Translations under genes and position numbers: made by a program
Part shown: one piece after another, positions 36,719-45,649 of the stretch
How the letters are laid out: every line of letters begins with the position of its first letter
Numbering within the stretch: the first letter of the stretch is position 1
Source: a virus
Lineage: Duplodnaviria > Caudoviricetes
IMG/VR virus record: IMGVR_UViG_3300029286_000011
DNA: 64,000 nt
Reading direction: 5' to 3' (one strand)
Notes under the pieces: generated by a model
The model's input: only the letters and a program-made list of their open reading frames with translations
The model's database searches: none
What the model was told of the DNA's origin: nothing

Positions 36719-37345
36719 TTAAGGATTCAGCAGTACGTTGAGCGAGACGCGCTTCAGGCGAGGTGCCTGCTGTCTAAGTGACCAGCGCTCTGAGAACGCA
36801 TAGCCTACATTGACAGGAACAACAAAGTTTTCAGTAGACTCCTCGAGTTTAGCTACGGCTCCAACCTCAAGTACTGCGAACCGGTATAGACCAAGTTCTT
36901 TGCTGATCTGCTGGCCAAATTCGTGAATTTGTCGACTGACTTCCGTTGCCAGTAGGTCAGCCTGCGATCCTGTGCCGCCTATGCAAAACAACGAATGGCT
37001 ACCAATCCAAAACGTCTCGAAATGGGTGAAGCCAAACTTGTCCGAGGCAGGTCCTTGGCGCTTATCCCCAATACCAACACGGTGATTGGTGTAAGCGTTA
37101 CGTTTGATTAAAACCGCTGGACGCTTGCCAGTCGTGGCAGGATTCCAGCGCCAAACACTCTCTATCAGTATATTTGTTCGCTCACCGTCACGCCATACAA
37201 GGTGACGTAGGTCTGGGTTCTCTATAAGGTCTTCGGCGGCAAAATGCCTGGTAAGTTCGTCTCTGAAGCAGCCAGTTAGCGTCTGTGCCGCTGAGTACAG
37301 CGAACAGATGGAACTAAGGGTAATTGGATCAAAGTCAGTGCTCAT
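36719..37345 (-). CDS. Putative tail terminator/sheath stabiliser
   Basis: 208 aa. 'PAVLIKRN...CIGGTGSQADLLATEV' pattern; between neck and sheath genes. Confidence 0.6.
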   Translation of the reverse strand: MSTDFDPITLSSICSLYSAAQTLTGCFRDELTRHFAAEDLIENPDLRHLVWRDGERTNILIESVWRWNPATTGKRPAVLIKRNAYTNHRVGIGDKRQGPASDKFGFTHFETFWIGSHSLFCIGGTGSQADLLATEVSRQIHEFGQQISKELGLYRFAVLEVGAVAKLEESTENFVVPVNVGYAFSERWSLRQQAPRLKRVSLNVLLNP

Positions 37346-37353
37346 GGCTAATC

Positions 37354-37506
37354 CTACAGGCCCAGTAGACGCCGGATACGCTTATGATTTGGCTCATAGT
37401 CCGTGACACTAAGCGTTCGGATCATCTGCCGTTCCTTCGGCTTATCTTTACGCTCAGGCTTTTGCACAGGGGCGCCTGAACCCTTTTTGGGTGGAATATA
37501 GGGCAT
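37354..37506 (-). CDS. Small basic protein, 50 aa (below the ORF-track cutoff)
   Basis: Hand translation MPYIPPKKGSGAPVQKPERKDKPKERQMIRTLSVTDYEPNHKRIRRLLGL*. Fills the gap, starting 1 nt after the upstream stop and ending 8 nt before the next start. Confidence 0.55.
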   Translation of the reverse strand: MPYIPPKKGSGAPVQKPERKDKPKERQMIRTLSVTDYEPNHKRIRRLLGL

Positions 37507-37507
37507 A

Positions 37508-38347
37508 CTAGGTCCTATCTATTGCCAGACCGTAGATGGTGTGACTGAACGGGGCGTGTCGAAGCTCAGCCTCAACAATAACCGGTACACCGCGATACTC
37601 GGCAACATGCTTGATGCTCTGTATGAACCAGCGCATGTCCGATTCGTCCTGCACCCACACGTCCTCTGTATCTAATTGCGGTACGGACAGAAACTTACCG
37701 GAGATGACGATGTTGTTTGTTGTAGCTGTGGGCTCCTGCACCTGCTCTCTACGCACTTTCTGGGACAGCTCGGCCCATATGCAAGGTGTGGCTGCAAAGT
37801 AGCCGCCCTCGAAGCCTGTTCCAAAACACAGCGGACAGTCTGGGTTAAGGTTCTCGCCAGTTTGGTAGTCTATATGGCCGGCAGAACATGCAGCACCGTA
37901 TAGCTTACGTTTGAGCAGATAGCCACGACAACCGGCATGAGTAGCCTGATAGCGAACACGCCACTGGCGCTGAATCTCACGCACTAGCCTGTTGTCACGA
38001 ACATCTAGACCACCGTAGCAAGAGGCAGGCTGTGAGTAGTACGTGCCAAGGCTGGTTACAAGCTTAACACGATAGTGTGTCCACTGTGTTTGGCCAAAAA
38101 CTCGTTGCGTGTCATCGACAAGATAGAAAGTGTCTTGGGCCGTTGCGCCCACATTTGTCCAATCATCGGCAGTAGACGTGCCTGTACGGCCAATCTGTAA
38201 TTGGAACGTATGAGGGGCCGGGTCATGAAACGTAGGGACCAATGCCCATTCAACGACAGTGCCGCCCTGTATGACCACAGATACGCGTACATACTGGAAC
38301 ACTGCCTCGCAGACATTTCCGCAAGACGCTGTGCAGGATTCAGGCAT
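37508..38347 (-). CDS. Neck/head-closure protein
   Basis: Likely start ATG 38347. 'CSAGHIDYQTGENLNPDCPLCFGTGFEGGY' Zn-like insert and 'DTEDVWVQDESDMRWFI' are typical of large-phage head-tail connectors. Confidence 0.65.
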   Translation of the reverse strand: MPESCTASCGNVCEAVFQYVRVSVVIQGGTVVEWALVPTFHDPAPHTFQLQIGRTGTSTADDWTNVGATAQDTFYLVDDTQRVFGQTQWTHYRVKLVTSLGTYYSQPASCYGGLDVRDNRLVREIQRQWRVRYQATHAGCRGYLLKRKLYGAACSAGHIDYQTGENLNPDCPLCFGTGFEGGYFAATPCIWAELSQKVRREQVQEPTATTNNIVISGKFLSVPQLDTEDVWVQDESDMRWFIQSIKHVAEYRGVPVIVEAELRHAPFSHTIYGLAIDRT

Positions 38348-38363
38348 ATTGCGACCTGTGATA

Positions 38364-38403
38364 GCTAAAAGAAACGACAGGGGCCGAAGGCACCCCTGTC
38401 GTT
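38364..38403 (-). terminator. Intrinsic terminator closing the 38427-39281 accessory module
   Basis: Stem AACGACAGGGG/CCCCTGTCGTT (38373-38403) followed by TCTTTTAG on the minus strand. Confidence 0.7.
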
Positions 38404-38426
38404 CATTGTACATCTACCTACGGCCC

Positions 38427-38711
38427 TCAGCGAGGGCTAGCGACGCCAACGAGCGTCCGCGTTGCATAACTGGGCTCCGCCGGGAGCCTGTCAACTTTCG
38501 GCAACACACGTGGCAACACACGAAACCTGCACCTGTCTTGGGCGATCACCCTACAGACAGCCAGGCTGTTCATGTGTCGACACCGTTCACAAAAGTTCAG
38601 TCGCCCGACGCGACTGCGCAAGATCCGGATCGGTTCCCCACAAACACCACATGTGTCTGCGAAGAACTGAGAGTCATGACCAACCCTACGCGGAACTTGA
38701 CTGACGATCAT
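38427..38711 (-). CDS. Small zinc-ribbon-like hypothetical protein
   Basis: ATG 38711 with AAGGA RBS; CGVC...CERC. Confidence 0.45.
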   Translation of the reverse strand: MIVSQVPRRVGHDSQFFADTCGVCGEPIRILRSRVGRLNFCERCRHMNSLAVCRVIAQDRCRFRVLPRVLPKVDRLPAEPSYATRTLVGVASPR

Positions 38712-38792
38712 CACGGTTTCCTTTACATCCCTGAGAAACAAAAAACGCCAAGACAAACAGCTTGGCGTATCCTACCGACGCTAATCACGCAA

Positions 38793-39281
38793 CTATCTAC
38801 CGTTTGGGGTTGTGGAGTACCTCAGTCCACCTCCATTTCCAAAGACATTGGTGCTTCCAAACGGATTTGGCACTGTATAAGTGCCGCCGCTGGTCGTCTG
38901 ACCGCCAAACGAATTTGGCGTTGTCCGGCCTTGGTACATACCGGAGCTACTATGGAAATTCTGACCCCCAGAGAAGTTGGGAGTGCTGCTGCCCTGGTAC
39001 ATTCCAGAGCTGCCATAGAAGTTTTGCCCGCCGGAGGAGTTGGGCGTGCTGCGACCTTGGTACATTCCTGAACTTCCGTAGAAGTTCTGGCCCCCGGCCG
39101 AGTTGGTTGTTGTCTGGCCCTGGTACATCCCAGAACTTCCGTAGAAGTTCTGCCCGAAGGACCCACTGTTTCCGAACGCGCTTTGCTGCCCGTTCGCCGT
39201 CGGCAGCAGGACCGTGACCGCAGCCACAACTAATGCAAAGATCGCCAACACACACACCATTCTCAAAACAGAGCCAACCAT
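38793..39281 (-). CDS. Exported protein with four 21-aa Gly/Ser/Tyr-rich repeats
   Basis: ATG 39281 with AGGAGG RBS. Signal/TM, then (GQNFYGSSGMYQGxxTxNSxG) x4 at a 63-bp period. Confidence 0.75.
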   Translation of the reverse strand: MVGSVLRMVCVLAIFALVVAAVTVLLPTANGQQSAFGNSGSFGQNFYGSSGMYQGQTTTNSAGGQNFYGSSGMYQGRSTPNSSGGQNFYGSSGMYQGSSTPNFSGGQNFHSSSGMYQGRTTPNSFGGQTTSGGTYTVPNPFGSTNVFGNGGGLRYSTTPNGR

Positions 39282-39340
39282 GACAAACCCTCCTGAGTTA
39301 AAGAAATAGTGGCCCACCAAAACTAAGCACTACCTATAGG

Positions 39341-39350
39341 ATTATGCCAC
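39341..39350 (-). promoter_or_regulatory. Putative extended -10 promoter GTGGCATAAT
   Basis: TG-n-CATAAT-like. An identical 10-mer occurs at 43709-43718. Sits just after the stop of the neck gene and upstream of the accessory module. Confidence 0.55.
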
Positions 39351-39370
39351 GGTAAGCCACAATCTTTTAC

Positions 39371-40282
39371 TCAGGCATAGCCAGATCCAAGAGATCCTCG
39401 GAATAGCTTGGCATTAAGCTCGACCTTTTTGTAGCGAACAAAGTCGTGCCATTCTGACTTGAGGGCAGAGGCCAGCTGAATATACTCTCCGTTCTTGTCC
39501 TTGTCATTGATGACAACACCGGAGGCACTGGCACCAAGCTTATTGCGCATATAGTGGTGTACGGCAATCATCAGAAGCTCAGCAACAATGGCCTTAAGCC
39601 AATGTTCTCTGAACGGAAAGTTCTTGCAGTTGTAACGGGCAATCGGCGGGGGCTCTTCATTCCAATATCGAATAGGTCCTAGAATAGCCGACACGATCTC
39701 GTTGTCATCGAACTCAACGTCTTGCAGAAGATCGTTCTCAACACCTGTGTCCCGCATCCGTATACGAATCTCTGACAATGACGGCGGTCCTACTCGTTGT
39801 TGAATATCACCGAAGAGTGACTCTTCAATCGACAGCAAACCACTGTTCAAGACAACAATATCACCGGCAGCATTCTTGACGGCCACATTGACCCTATAAA
39901 TACCAGCGATGTCGTAGATGGCCCTAGGTATGGCAAAACTGATCTGTCCGGAAGAAGCAGCTGAGAACTCACCAGTTGCAGCGATTATGCGACCACCTGC
40001 GCAATCGGCAATTCGCACATCAACACTTGCCGTATCGGCATCTTCCGATTCGCTAATAGAATCGGACACTGTAATCAAGCTAGACAGATCGACAGGTGCA
40101 CCGCTCTTGTCACGTACTAGCCAGGTAACAGTGCTAGCTACGCCTTTATCACCAAGGACAACGGGCCGTTTTGTGTTGATAGGGCAGCCTTCGTGCGTTG
40201 GCACATTAGGCTGTATCGTAGACGACAGCGGAAGACCTGCATCATCAGACGGCTGCGTTACCTGTGTACCTGTGACGGGCAT
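39371..40282 (-). CDS. Head-tail adaptor/neck protein
   Basis: 303 aa. Ig/BppU-like N-terminus and 'SEIRIRMRDTGVENDLLQDVEFDDNEI...YWNEEPP...NFPFR' C-terminal adaptor-like domain. Confidence 0.6.
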   Translation of the reverse strand: MPVTGTQVTQPSDDAGLPLSSTIQPNVPTHEGCPINTKRPVVLGDKGVASTVTWLVRDKSGAPVDLSSLITVSDSISESEDADTASVDVRIADCAGGRIIAATGEFSAASSGQISFAIPRAIYDIAGIYRVNVAVKNAAGDIVVLNSGLLSIEESLFGDIQQRVGPPSLSEIRIRMRDTGVENDLLQDVEFDDNEIVSAILGPIRYWNEEPPPIARYNCKNFPFREHWLKAIVAELLMIAVHHYMRNKLGASASGVVINDKDKNGEYIQLASALKSEWHDFVRYKKVELNAKLFRGSLGSGYA

Positions 40283-40291
40283 GCTGTGTTC

Positions 40292-42412
40292 CTAGCTGAC
40301 AGTGAGTGACTTGTAATCAGGCCCGTAATAACCCTGTTTGAAATACAGCAGGACATAGTTGCCTGGATCAAGCATCATGGGCGTTACCCATCGACCAAGC
40401 AGGGTTGTAACGCTGCGCGCGACGGCGTATGCCGCTGTTCGATTTCCAGCTTCCCAGTCGGACTGTGTAAATGCCCATATTGTCGCGTTATCAATTCCAG
40501 CGCCATTAGCAGCGGCATAAGCCAATGCGTCATCGCTGCCATAGTTGTGATCAACAGATACAGCATCATCGCTGGAAGTATCTACAACAATCGTATCAGT
40601 CTTGGCCTGAATGTCTTCCAGGTACTTGTCGATACTGCCGTCTGCCGAGGTGGTGCCTGTGGCTGCAAGCTGTAGGGCGTTACGGAAGTCCTGAGGATCA
40701 AATGACACAGAGACAGAGCTAATTGCCTCTGGCAAAGTTGTGCCTGTGTCTTCGCTGATCTGCGCTAGCAACGAGCCCTCAGCCTCCATAGCTGTTTTCA
40801 CATCTGAGGCTGAATGAGTAGAAAATCCAGCGGCAGTTACCCAGTGTATGTCGCCATAAGCTGCCAGCGCAGTTATTGCTGCATCCATCTCAGCCTTGGT
40901 TGGTCCGGCATAAGTGCTAAATGCCGCAGTCAGGTCGTTAGTTGTCAGTGTGCTGGTGCCTATGGTGGGCGGATTAGATACGTCTGCAGCCCAATTTAGC
41001 GTTGCTGGCGATTTGGCAACTGCCGCGCCGGCAGCGTGTCGACTTGTTATCGTCGTATCCAAGTATCCGGCCTTGGTGTTTGTCCATACAGCTGTACTGA
41101 GCGCTGTAGACGCCAGGGCCAGCGGGCTAACCGCTGAATCCAACTCGGCCTTCGTAGGCGGGCGGTAGGCCGTAATCGCGGCGGCGCAGGCGGCTTGCGT
41201 TTCGGCCTGGTTCAACCCGCTTTCGACGGCCGTTTCCAATTGCACAAGTACCGGCTGCGCGGAGTAGGTTGCCGTCTTAACTAATGCGACGATGAGACTC
41301 TTAGCGCCGGCTATAGCTGCGATAGTAGGATGCAGGCTGATTGAGTACGCGCCAGGGTGATTGGTATGCTCGATTTCAGTAATGCGACACCGCGAGTTGT
41401 CCACTGATGCGTTGTATTGGACGGCTGCGCCGACAACGAGCGTGTCATTGGTTGTGGCATACGTCCATGAATCGCCGGTTTCTGGGCACAGAATGTGTAT
41501 TTCAGCGTTAGCGTCAAGAGCGCTGGCACCTGTCTGCTCCTCGCTGAATGCAAATGATCCTTCACCCTGAATCATGGTCACGGTCATTAGTGGTTGTGGC
41601 ATACCAGCTAGCGCCCCCGTGAATTCCACCAACACATCGGATTGATCCATTGAGCAAGACACATCTCCAACGCCGATGTTTGGCAGCGCCTCTAAGGCTA
41701 TTTGCATCGACGCACTGTCACGGCCATAAAGCGAAACGGTAGTCTCGCCGTCAAAAGTGACCGTAAATTCCTGCGGTTCGCCAGGGTCGGATACCTCGTA
41801 AAGTCGCTGGATGGCATTGGCTTGCACGCCGGTCATCAGCGTCGTGGCGTCCCCGGCCGGATCGACCACAAACAACGGCACCATCGGCTCCGTCTCACCG
41901 TGCGGCATCACAATCGTGATCATGTCGCCTGTCGGTCTAGCTACGGAACTCGCCGCCAAGACCGCGTCTAGTTGGGTGTCCAGATCATCGTCGGCCATGC
42001 CCAACGCCGTGCGGATGTCGGCGGAACTGAGCGTCGATGCAGCGGCATCGAACCAATCGACCTGCCATGAGGCGTTGGTGTCGCTGGCGTTGCTGCTCAG
42101 GACTTGGATCGTGTAATCGGTGGCCGTAGCCGAACCGCCGGCCAGGTAGTACGGGCCGAGGTGCAACGTCACGCCCGTATCGGTCGCAACATCCTTCGCC
42201 ACCGCGAACTGATCGAGCGTTCGGCTGTCGGTCGTGTTGCGGATCTTGACCGTGATCGTCGCCGCCGTGTTGGTCAGTCCGGTCAGCATGACCTTCGCCG
42301 CCACCCGCAGCGTCGTGGCTGCACTGACCGTTAGTTTGGCTGTTGCCAGGGACTGCAACGTGGTCACGTTCAACGCGCTGCCGGTCGTGCTCTGTAGTGC
42401 TGTTACTGCCAT
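40292..42412 (-). CDS. Mosaic virion accessory/fibre-like protein
   Basis: 706 aa. 'FTVTFDGETT...IALEALPNIGVGDV...VEFTGALAG' module, two PTKAE[LM]D repeats, visibly patchy GC content. Confidence 0.6.
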   Translation of the reverse strand: MAVTALQSTTGSALNVTTLQSLATAKLTVSAATTLRVAAKVMLTGLTNTAATITVKIRNTTDSRTLDQFAVAKDVATDTGVTLHLGPYYLAGGSATATDYTIQVLSSNASDTNASWQVDWFDAAASTLSSADIRTALGMADDDLDTQLDAVLAASSVARPTGDMITIVMPHGETEPMVPLFVVDPAGDATTLMTGVQANAIQRLYEVSDPGEPQEFTVTFDGETTVSLYGRDSASMQIALEALPNIGVGDVSCSMDQSDVLVEFTGALAGMPQPLMTVTMIQGEGSFAFSEEQTGASALDANAEIHILCPETGDSWTYATTNDTLVVGAAVQYNASVDNSRCRITEIEHTNHPGAYSISLHPTIAAIAGAKSLIVALVKTATYSAQPVLVQLETAVESGLNQAETQAACAAAITAYRPPTKAELDSAVSPLALASTALSTAVWTNTKAGYLDTTITSRHAAGAAVAKSPATLNWAADVSNPPTIGTSTLTTNDLTAAFSTYAGPTKAEMDAAITALAAYGDIHWVTAAGFSTHSASDVKTAMEAEGSLLAQISEDTGTTLPEAISSVSVSFDPQDFRNALQLAATGTTSADGSIDKYLEDIQAKTDTIVVDTSSDDAVSVDHNYGSDDALAYAAANGAGIDNATIWAFTQSDWEAGNRTAAYAVARSVTTLLGRWVTPMMLDPGNYVLLYFKQGYYGPDYKSLTVS

Positions 42413-42418
42413 GCTGGC

Positions 42419-42754
42419 TTACTCCTGGCTCGGCTGCGGTTCGGGCTCGACGGCCTCGGGCTGTTCTGGCATCGGCGGGAACTGATACGGGCTGTTCGCC
42501 TCCCAGAACGCTTGCGTACTGTCGAACGTCGCGGACAGTGCGGCGGCCACTTCGACCGGCAGCGCAGCCAGGATGTTGGCCTTGCCGTGCGCCTTGCAGC
42601 GATCGGAAATCATGGAACACTGATAGGCCATCTCGCTCCAGGTCCGTTCGATACCCTGGAGGATGTCGGCCACCGCCGTTGCGATCTCGCTGGTCGTCTG
42701 CGCCTGCCGCGCGAACTCGACGAGCACCGCCGCGGGTTTGGCTTCTTCGGGCAT
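42419..42754 (-). CDS. Hypothetical protein (GC-rich cassette)
   Basis: 111 aa, tightly packed between neighbours, GC-rich codons. Confidence 0.65.
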   Translation of the reverse strand: MPEEAKPAAVLVEFARQAQTTSEIATAVADILQGIERTWSEMAYQCSMISDRCKAHGKANILAALPVEVAAALSATFDSTQAFWEANSPYQFPPMPEQPEAVEPEPQPSQE

Positions 42755-42755
42755 G

Positions 42756-43517
42756 TTAGCACCTCGTATGGGCTAGGCCGTTTTTTCCGGCCAGGTAGTG
42801 GTATTGGATGCGGGCCGCGGCCAGGGCGTAGGTGTAGAGGGCCACGCCGAAGATCCGGCCATCGTAATAGGACGTGGCCCCGGCGCCATTGGCCGCAGCG
42901 CCGATTTTCAGCGGACACGTCGCGTTGTAGATCGCGGCGATCGCACCAGCAGCAACCTTCGCGGGCGTTTGCAATACACCATTCACATAGAGCGCGAGGG
43001 TCGTACCGTTCCACGTAAACGCAACGTGGCTCCACTCGCCAACCGTCAGGCTGGCGGTGCTGTTGTACCGCTTGACGTTACTCCCGTAGAGCCCATCAGC
43101 GGAAATGGTCACTTGAAGTTTCGGCGGATTCGACGTCTCGACCTGCATCAGCCAGGACCGCTGATTGATGCTTGAATCGTATTGTCCGCAGATCGACCGA
43201 TTGAAGGTGCTGCCCTGCCTCACCCAGGCTTCCACGGTCATCGCCGAGGATACAGCGATCGCGGCGGAATCGGCGATCGAGACGCATTGGCTCGACCCGT
43301 TGAACGTCGGTGCGCCGGAAGCACTACGGTTGATCGGTCCCGGCATGACGCCCAGAGTTGGCGAACCCACATATGTGCCAGCATTGTTGGTCCCGCGCGC
43401 GGCCAGCATCAGATCCGCAGCCGCTATTCCACTGACCTCGTCGAGCATCCATGCAGCGACCGGCAGACCGCCGTAGGCGGCCTCGCTCAAGATCACGTTG
43501 CGGTAGTCTAGATACAT
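42756..43517 (-). CDS. LamG/concanavalin-A-like jellyroll protein
   Basis: VAAWMLDE, FNGSSQCVSI, MTVEAWV, GEWSHVAFTWNGTTLALYVNG, LKIG, YYDGRIFGVALYTYAL are the Laminin_G_3 signature. Confidence 0.85.
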   Translation of the reverse strand: MYLDYRNVILSEAAYGGLPVAAWMLDEVSGIAAADLMLAARGTNNAGTYVGSPTLGVMPGPINRSASGAPTFNGSSQCVSIADSAAIAVSSAMTVEAWVRQGSTFNRSICGQYDSSINQRSWLMQVETSNPPKLQVTISADGLYGSNVKRYNSTASLTVGEWSHVAFTWNGTTLALYVNGVLQTPAKVAAGAIAAIYNATCPLKIGAAANGAGATSYYDGRIFGVALYTYALAAARIQYHYLAGKNGLAHTRC

Positions 43518-43548
43518 CTGCTGCCTCGTTGTGACGCTATCTCAACAC

Positions 43549-43554
43549 ATTATA
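43549..43554 (-). promoter_or_regulatory. Perfect -10 hexamer TATAAT upstream of the LamG cassette
   Basis: TATAAT about 30 nt upstream of ATG 43517, just after a terminator. The -35 match is poor (TTTAGC). Confidence 0.5.
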
Positions 43555-43574
43555 AGCAATAACCCCTGATAGCT

Positions 43575-43602
43575 AAAGAAAAGGCCATGCGACTGCATGG
43601 CC
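43575..43602 (-). terminator. Intrinsic terminator
   Basis: GGCCATGC-AGTC-GCATGGCC then TTTTCTTT on the minus strand. Confidence 0.75.
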
Positions 43603-43708
43603 CCTTCTACACTTGTGACTCATCCATGAGACTAGCCTCCATGCTAAAACAAATGACGTACAGGTAGGACAGGAGCGTATTAGGTTCCGTACGCCTAGTC
43701 TCCTACCT

Positions 43709-43718
43709 ATTATGCCAC
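43709..43718 (-). promoter_or_regulatory. Putative extended -10 promoter GTGGCATAAT (second copy)
   Basis: Identical to 39341-39350; points into a short non-coding segment ending at the 43575 terminator. Confidence 0.5.
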
Positions 43719-43979
43719 CTAAACGGTCTGCCGTTCAGGGGCCGTCGTGTGACCGTACTGCTCCAGCAGCGCGGTCAGCGCCTGTCGCGACGCAAGCTGC
43801 AGGCTCCGAGTCTCCTCGAAGACCTCCGGCTCGCTCATCGCCAGATCGGCCAGCTCGTCGATGTTGATGACAAGCTGAGTGACCTTCACGACGACGTCGT
43901 TCGGGACGTCGTCACAAAGTGCCACCTGCCAGTGCCTATGATCGGCGTCTGGCATTTCGCAGTAAACGTCGAGTAGCAT
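43719..43979 (-). CDS. Hypothetical protein, 86 aa
   Basis: True start likely ATG 43979 (MLLDVYCEM) with AGGAG RBS and an ACTAGCC motif upstream. Confidence 0.65.
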   Translation of the reverse strand: MLLDVYCEMPDADHRHWQVALCDDVPNDVVVKVTQLVINIDELADLAMSEPEVFEETRSLQLASRQALTALLEQYGHTTAPERQTV

Positions 43980-44101
43980 CGTGTTTTCTCCTATTACGAG
44001 GCTAGTTATGCGACACGAAAACGCTGCGTCCCCCATATTCTTTCGGAGGACGCAGCGTATTGGAAGAGAATTTCGCCAGAAAAGTACACAATCTGACGAA
44101 A

Positions 44102-44572
44102 TTATTCTTTGCCAGCTGCCGATTTGGCCCGCTTTGTGATCACGGACCACGCAAAATTGGACAATGCTTTTCCTATGTGCCAGCAAACGAATACCGACAC
44201 CAGTAAGGCACCTAGAGTGCATAGCGAATCGTCACGATTCGAGCCCTCGTTACGCACTACGGCTCGCGTACGAAGGCCGTCCTCCTCTGTTAGAGCCTTG
44301 ACGCTAGAGAAGCGTCCGTTCAGCTCTTGGTTGTTGCTGCTGACGTCAGTAGACAAGTTGTCTAACTTGGCCGATAGGGTGACCAGTCGAGCATCTAGCC
44401 CGCTCATGCGGGCTGCCAAAACGTTGGCCTCATCGCTGATCTTGCCCATCAGCACGTTCTGACCGGACACGACTTGCCCGGTTGTGCGGCCAATGTAGCT
44501 TGCCAGCAGCACAGAGAACAACGCAACAACAACGAGAATTACGGTGGTGTGAATAGCGGACTTGTCATTCAT
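44102..44572 (-). CDS. TM-coiled coil-TM membrane protein
   Basis: 156 aa with hydrophobic N- and C-terminal helices, a heptad-like middle and a basic tail. Confidence 0.7.
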   Translation of the reverse strand: MNDKSAIHTTVILVVVALFSVLLASYIGRTTGQVVSGQNVLMGKISDEANVLAARMSGLDARLVTLSAKLDNLSTDVSSNNQELNGRFSSVKALTEEDGLRTRAVVRNEGSNRDDSLCTLGALLVSVFVCWHIGKALSNFAWSVITKRAKSAAGKE

Positions 44573-44608
44573 CTTGAATCCCCTTGGCTAGTTAGGGCTA
44601 GAGCAAAC

Positions 44609-45184
44609 TCACGAACGTACGGTCAGCTTCTTAATAAGCTGCCATATCTTACGCGACAAGAACTTTAGTGCGTGCCAGCTAACTAGCACGCCGATAAGCA
44701 CGGCAACAGTGAACCATGGAATCTCTTCCGTGCAGGTAACGACATGGTATCTCAGATTGCTTATCGAATCCTTCTGAGACACCAGTCGGTCCAGAATCCG
44801 GTAGTCATGCTCATGAGCCTCCTTCGAAAGAGTCTCGACCGATTTCTGCAGCTGCATGATCATGTCGACCGGAGGTCGTTGATCACGGAGAAGCTTTTTC
44901 ATCTCCTCGTGATCCTCGGCGTATACGCGCGCCGAGTTCTTCAGAAGGTTCTCTAATGCCGTCAACCGGCCTAGGACACTGTACACCTCGTCCAGCACTT
45001 TTTGATTATCGCTGGTAGGTGCTTTGACCGTGTCCGACGGCGCAAACACAGCCGGTGTGATGCAGTCCACGGCGCGATGTTCGCTCTGCTTGAGCCTTTC
45101 AGGCTCACTAGGTGCCAGGGCGTAAAAGCCCACGGCCACCAGTGCCATGACCAACACGACGAACAAGATCTTTTGAGTCTTCAT
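44609..45184 (-). CDS. TM-coiled coil-TM membrane protein
   Basis: Start ATG 45184 (MKTQKILF) with AAGGA RBS; same architecture as its neighbours. Confidence 0.7.
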   Translation of the reverse strand: MKTQKILFVVLVMALVAVGFYALAPSEPERLKQSEHRAVDCITPAVFAPSDTVKAPTSDNQKVLDEVYSVLGRLTALENLLKNSARVYAEDHEEMKKLLRDQRPPVDMIMQLQKSVETLSKEAHEHDYRILDRLVSQKDSISNLRYHVVTCTEEIPWFTVAVLIGVLVSWHALKFLSRKIWQLIKKLTVRS

Positions 45185-45226
45185 GAAACATTCCTTTTGG
45201 CTAGTGACGTGATGACAAAACATACG

Positions 45227-45616
45227 TTACGCTGATTGCTTTGCTGCCAACTCTGCTCGTGCCGCCTTCCAGGCACGAATTATGTTGCGTATGCACAGGT
45301 ATACGCCCATAGCAGATAGTATCAACACGGCCGTATTCCATGTCGATTCCTGTACGATCGTGCGTGTATACACATGATCCGATGTCGCCTCCTTAGAGGC
45401 ATTGGATTGTATCTCGCGCCACTTGGCGGCTGTGCTGTGTGTATCTGCCTGCAGCGTTGTAAGCTGCATTCGCACCTCGTTGATGACCTTGTCTCGCTGA
45501 CGTTCAGCGGACATGATCGAATTCAGTGTACTGGTGTTCGACGACACCAACAGCAGTGTACACAAACTCATGGAGACAGTTGCCGTCATGCAGACGGACA
45601 TGTATTTGCTAATCAT
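45227..45616 (-). CDS. TM-coiled coil-TM membrane protein
   Basis: 129 aa, AGGAG RBS, same architecture. Confidence 0.7.
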   Translation of the reverse strand: MISKYMSVCMTATVSMSLCTLLLVSSNTSTLNSIMSAERQRDKVINEVRMQLTTLQADTHSTAAKWREIQSNASKEATSDHVYTRTIVQESTWNTAVLILSAMGVYLCIRNIIRAWKAARAELAAKQSA

Positions 45617-45649
45617 GACATCTCCTAAGGCTAGTTAGGTGGTGAAAAA

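Noticed and set aside
38950-39170. CRISPR-like 63-bp periodic repeat
   Set aside because: The period is a multiple of three, the whole unit is conserved and it encodes in-frame peptide repeats behind a signal peptide.
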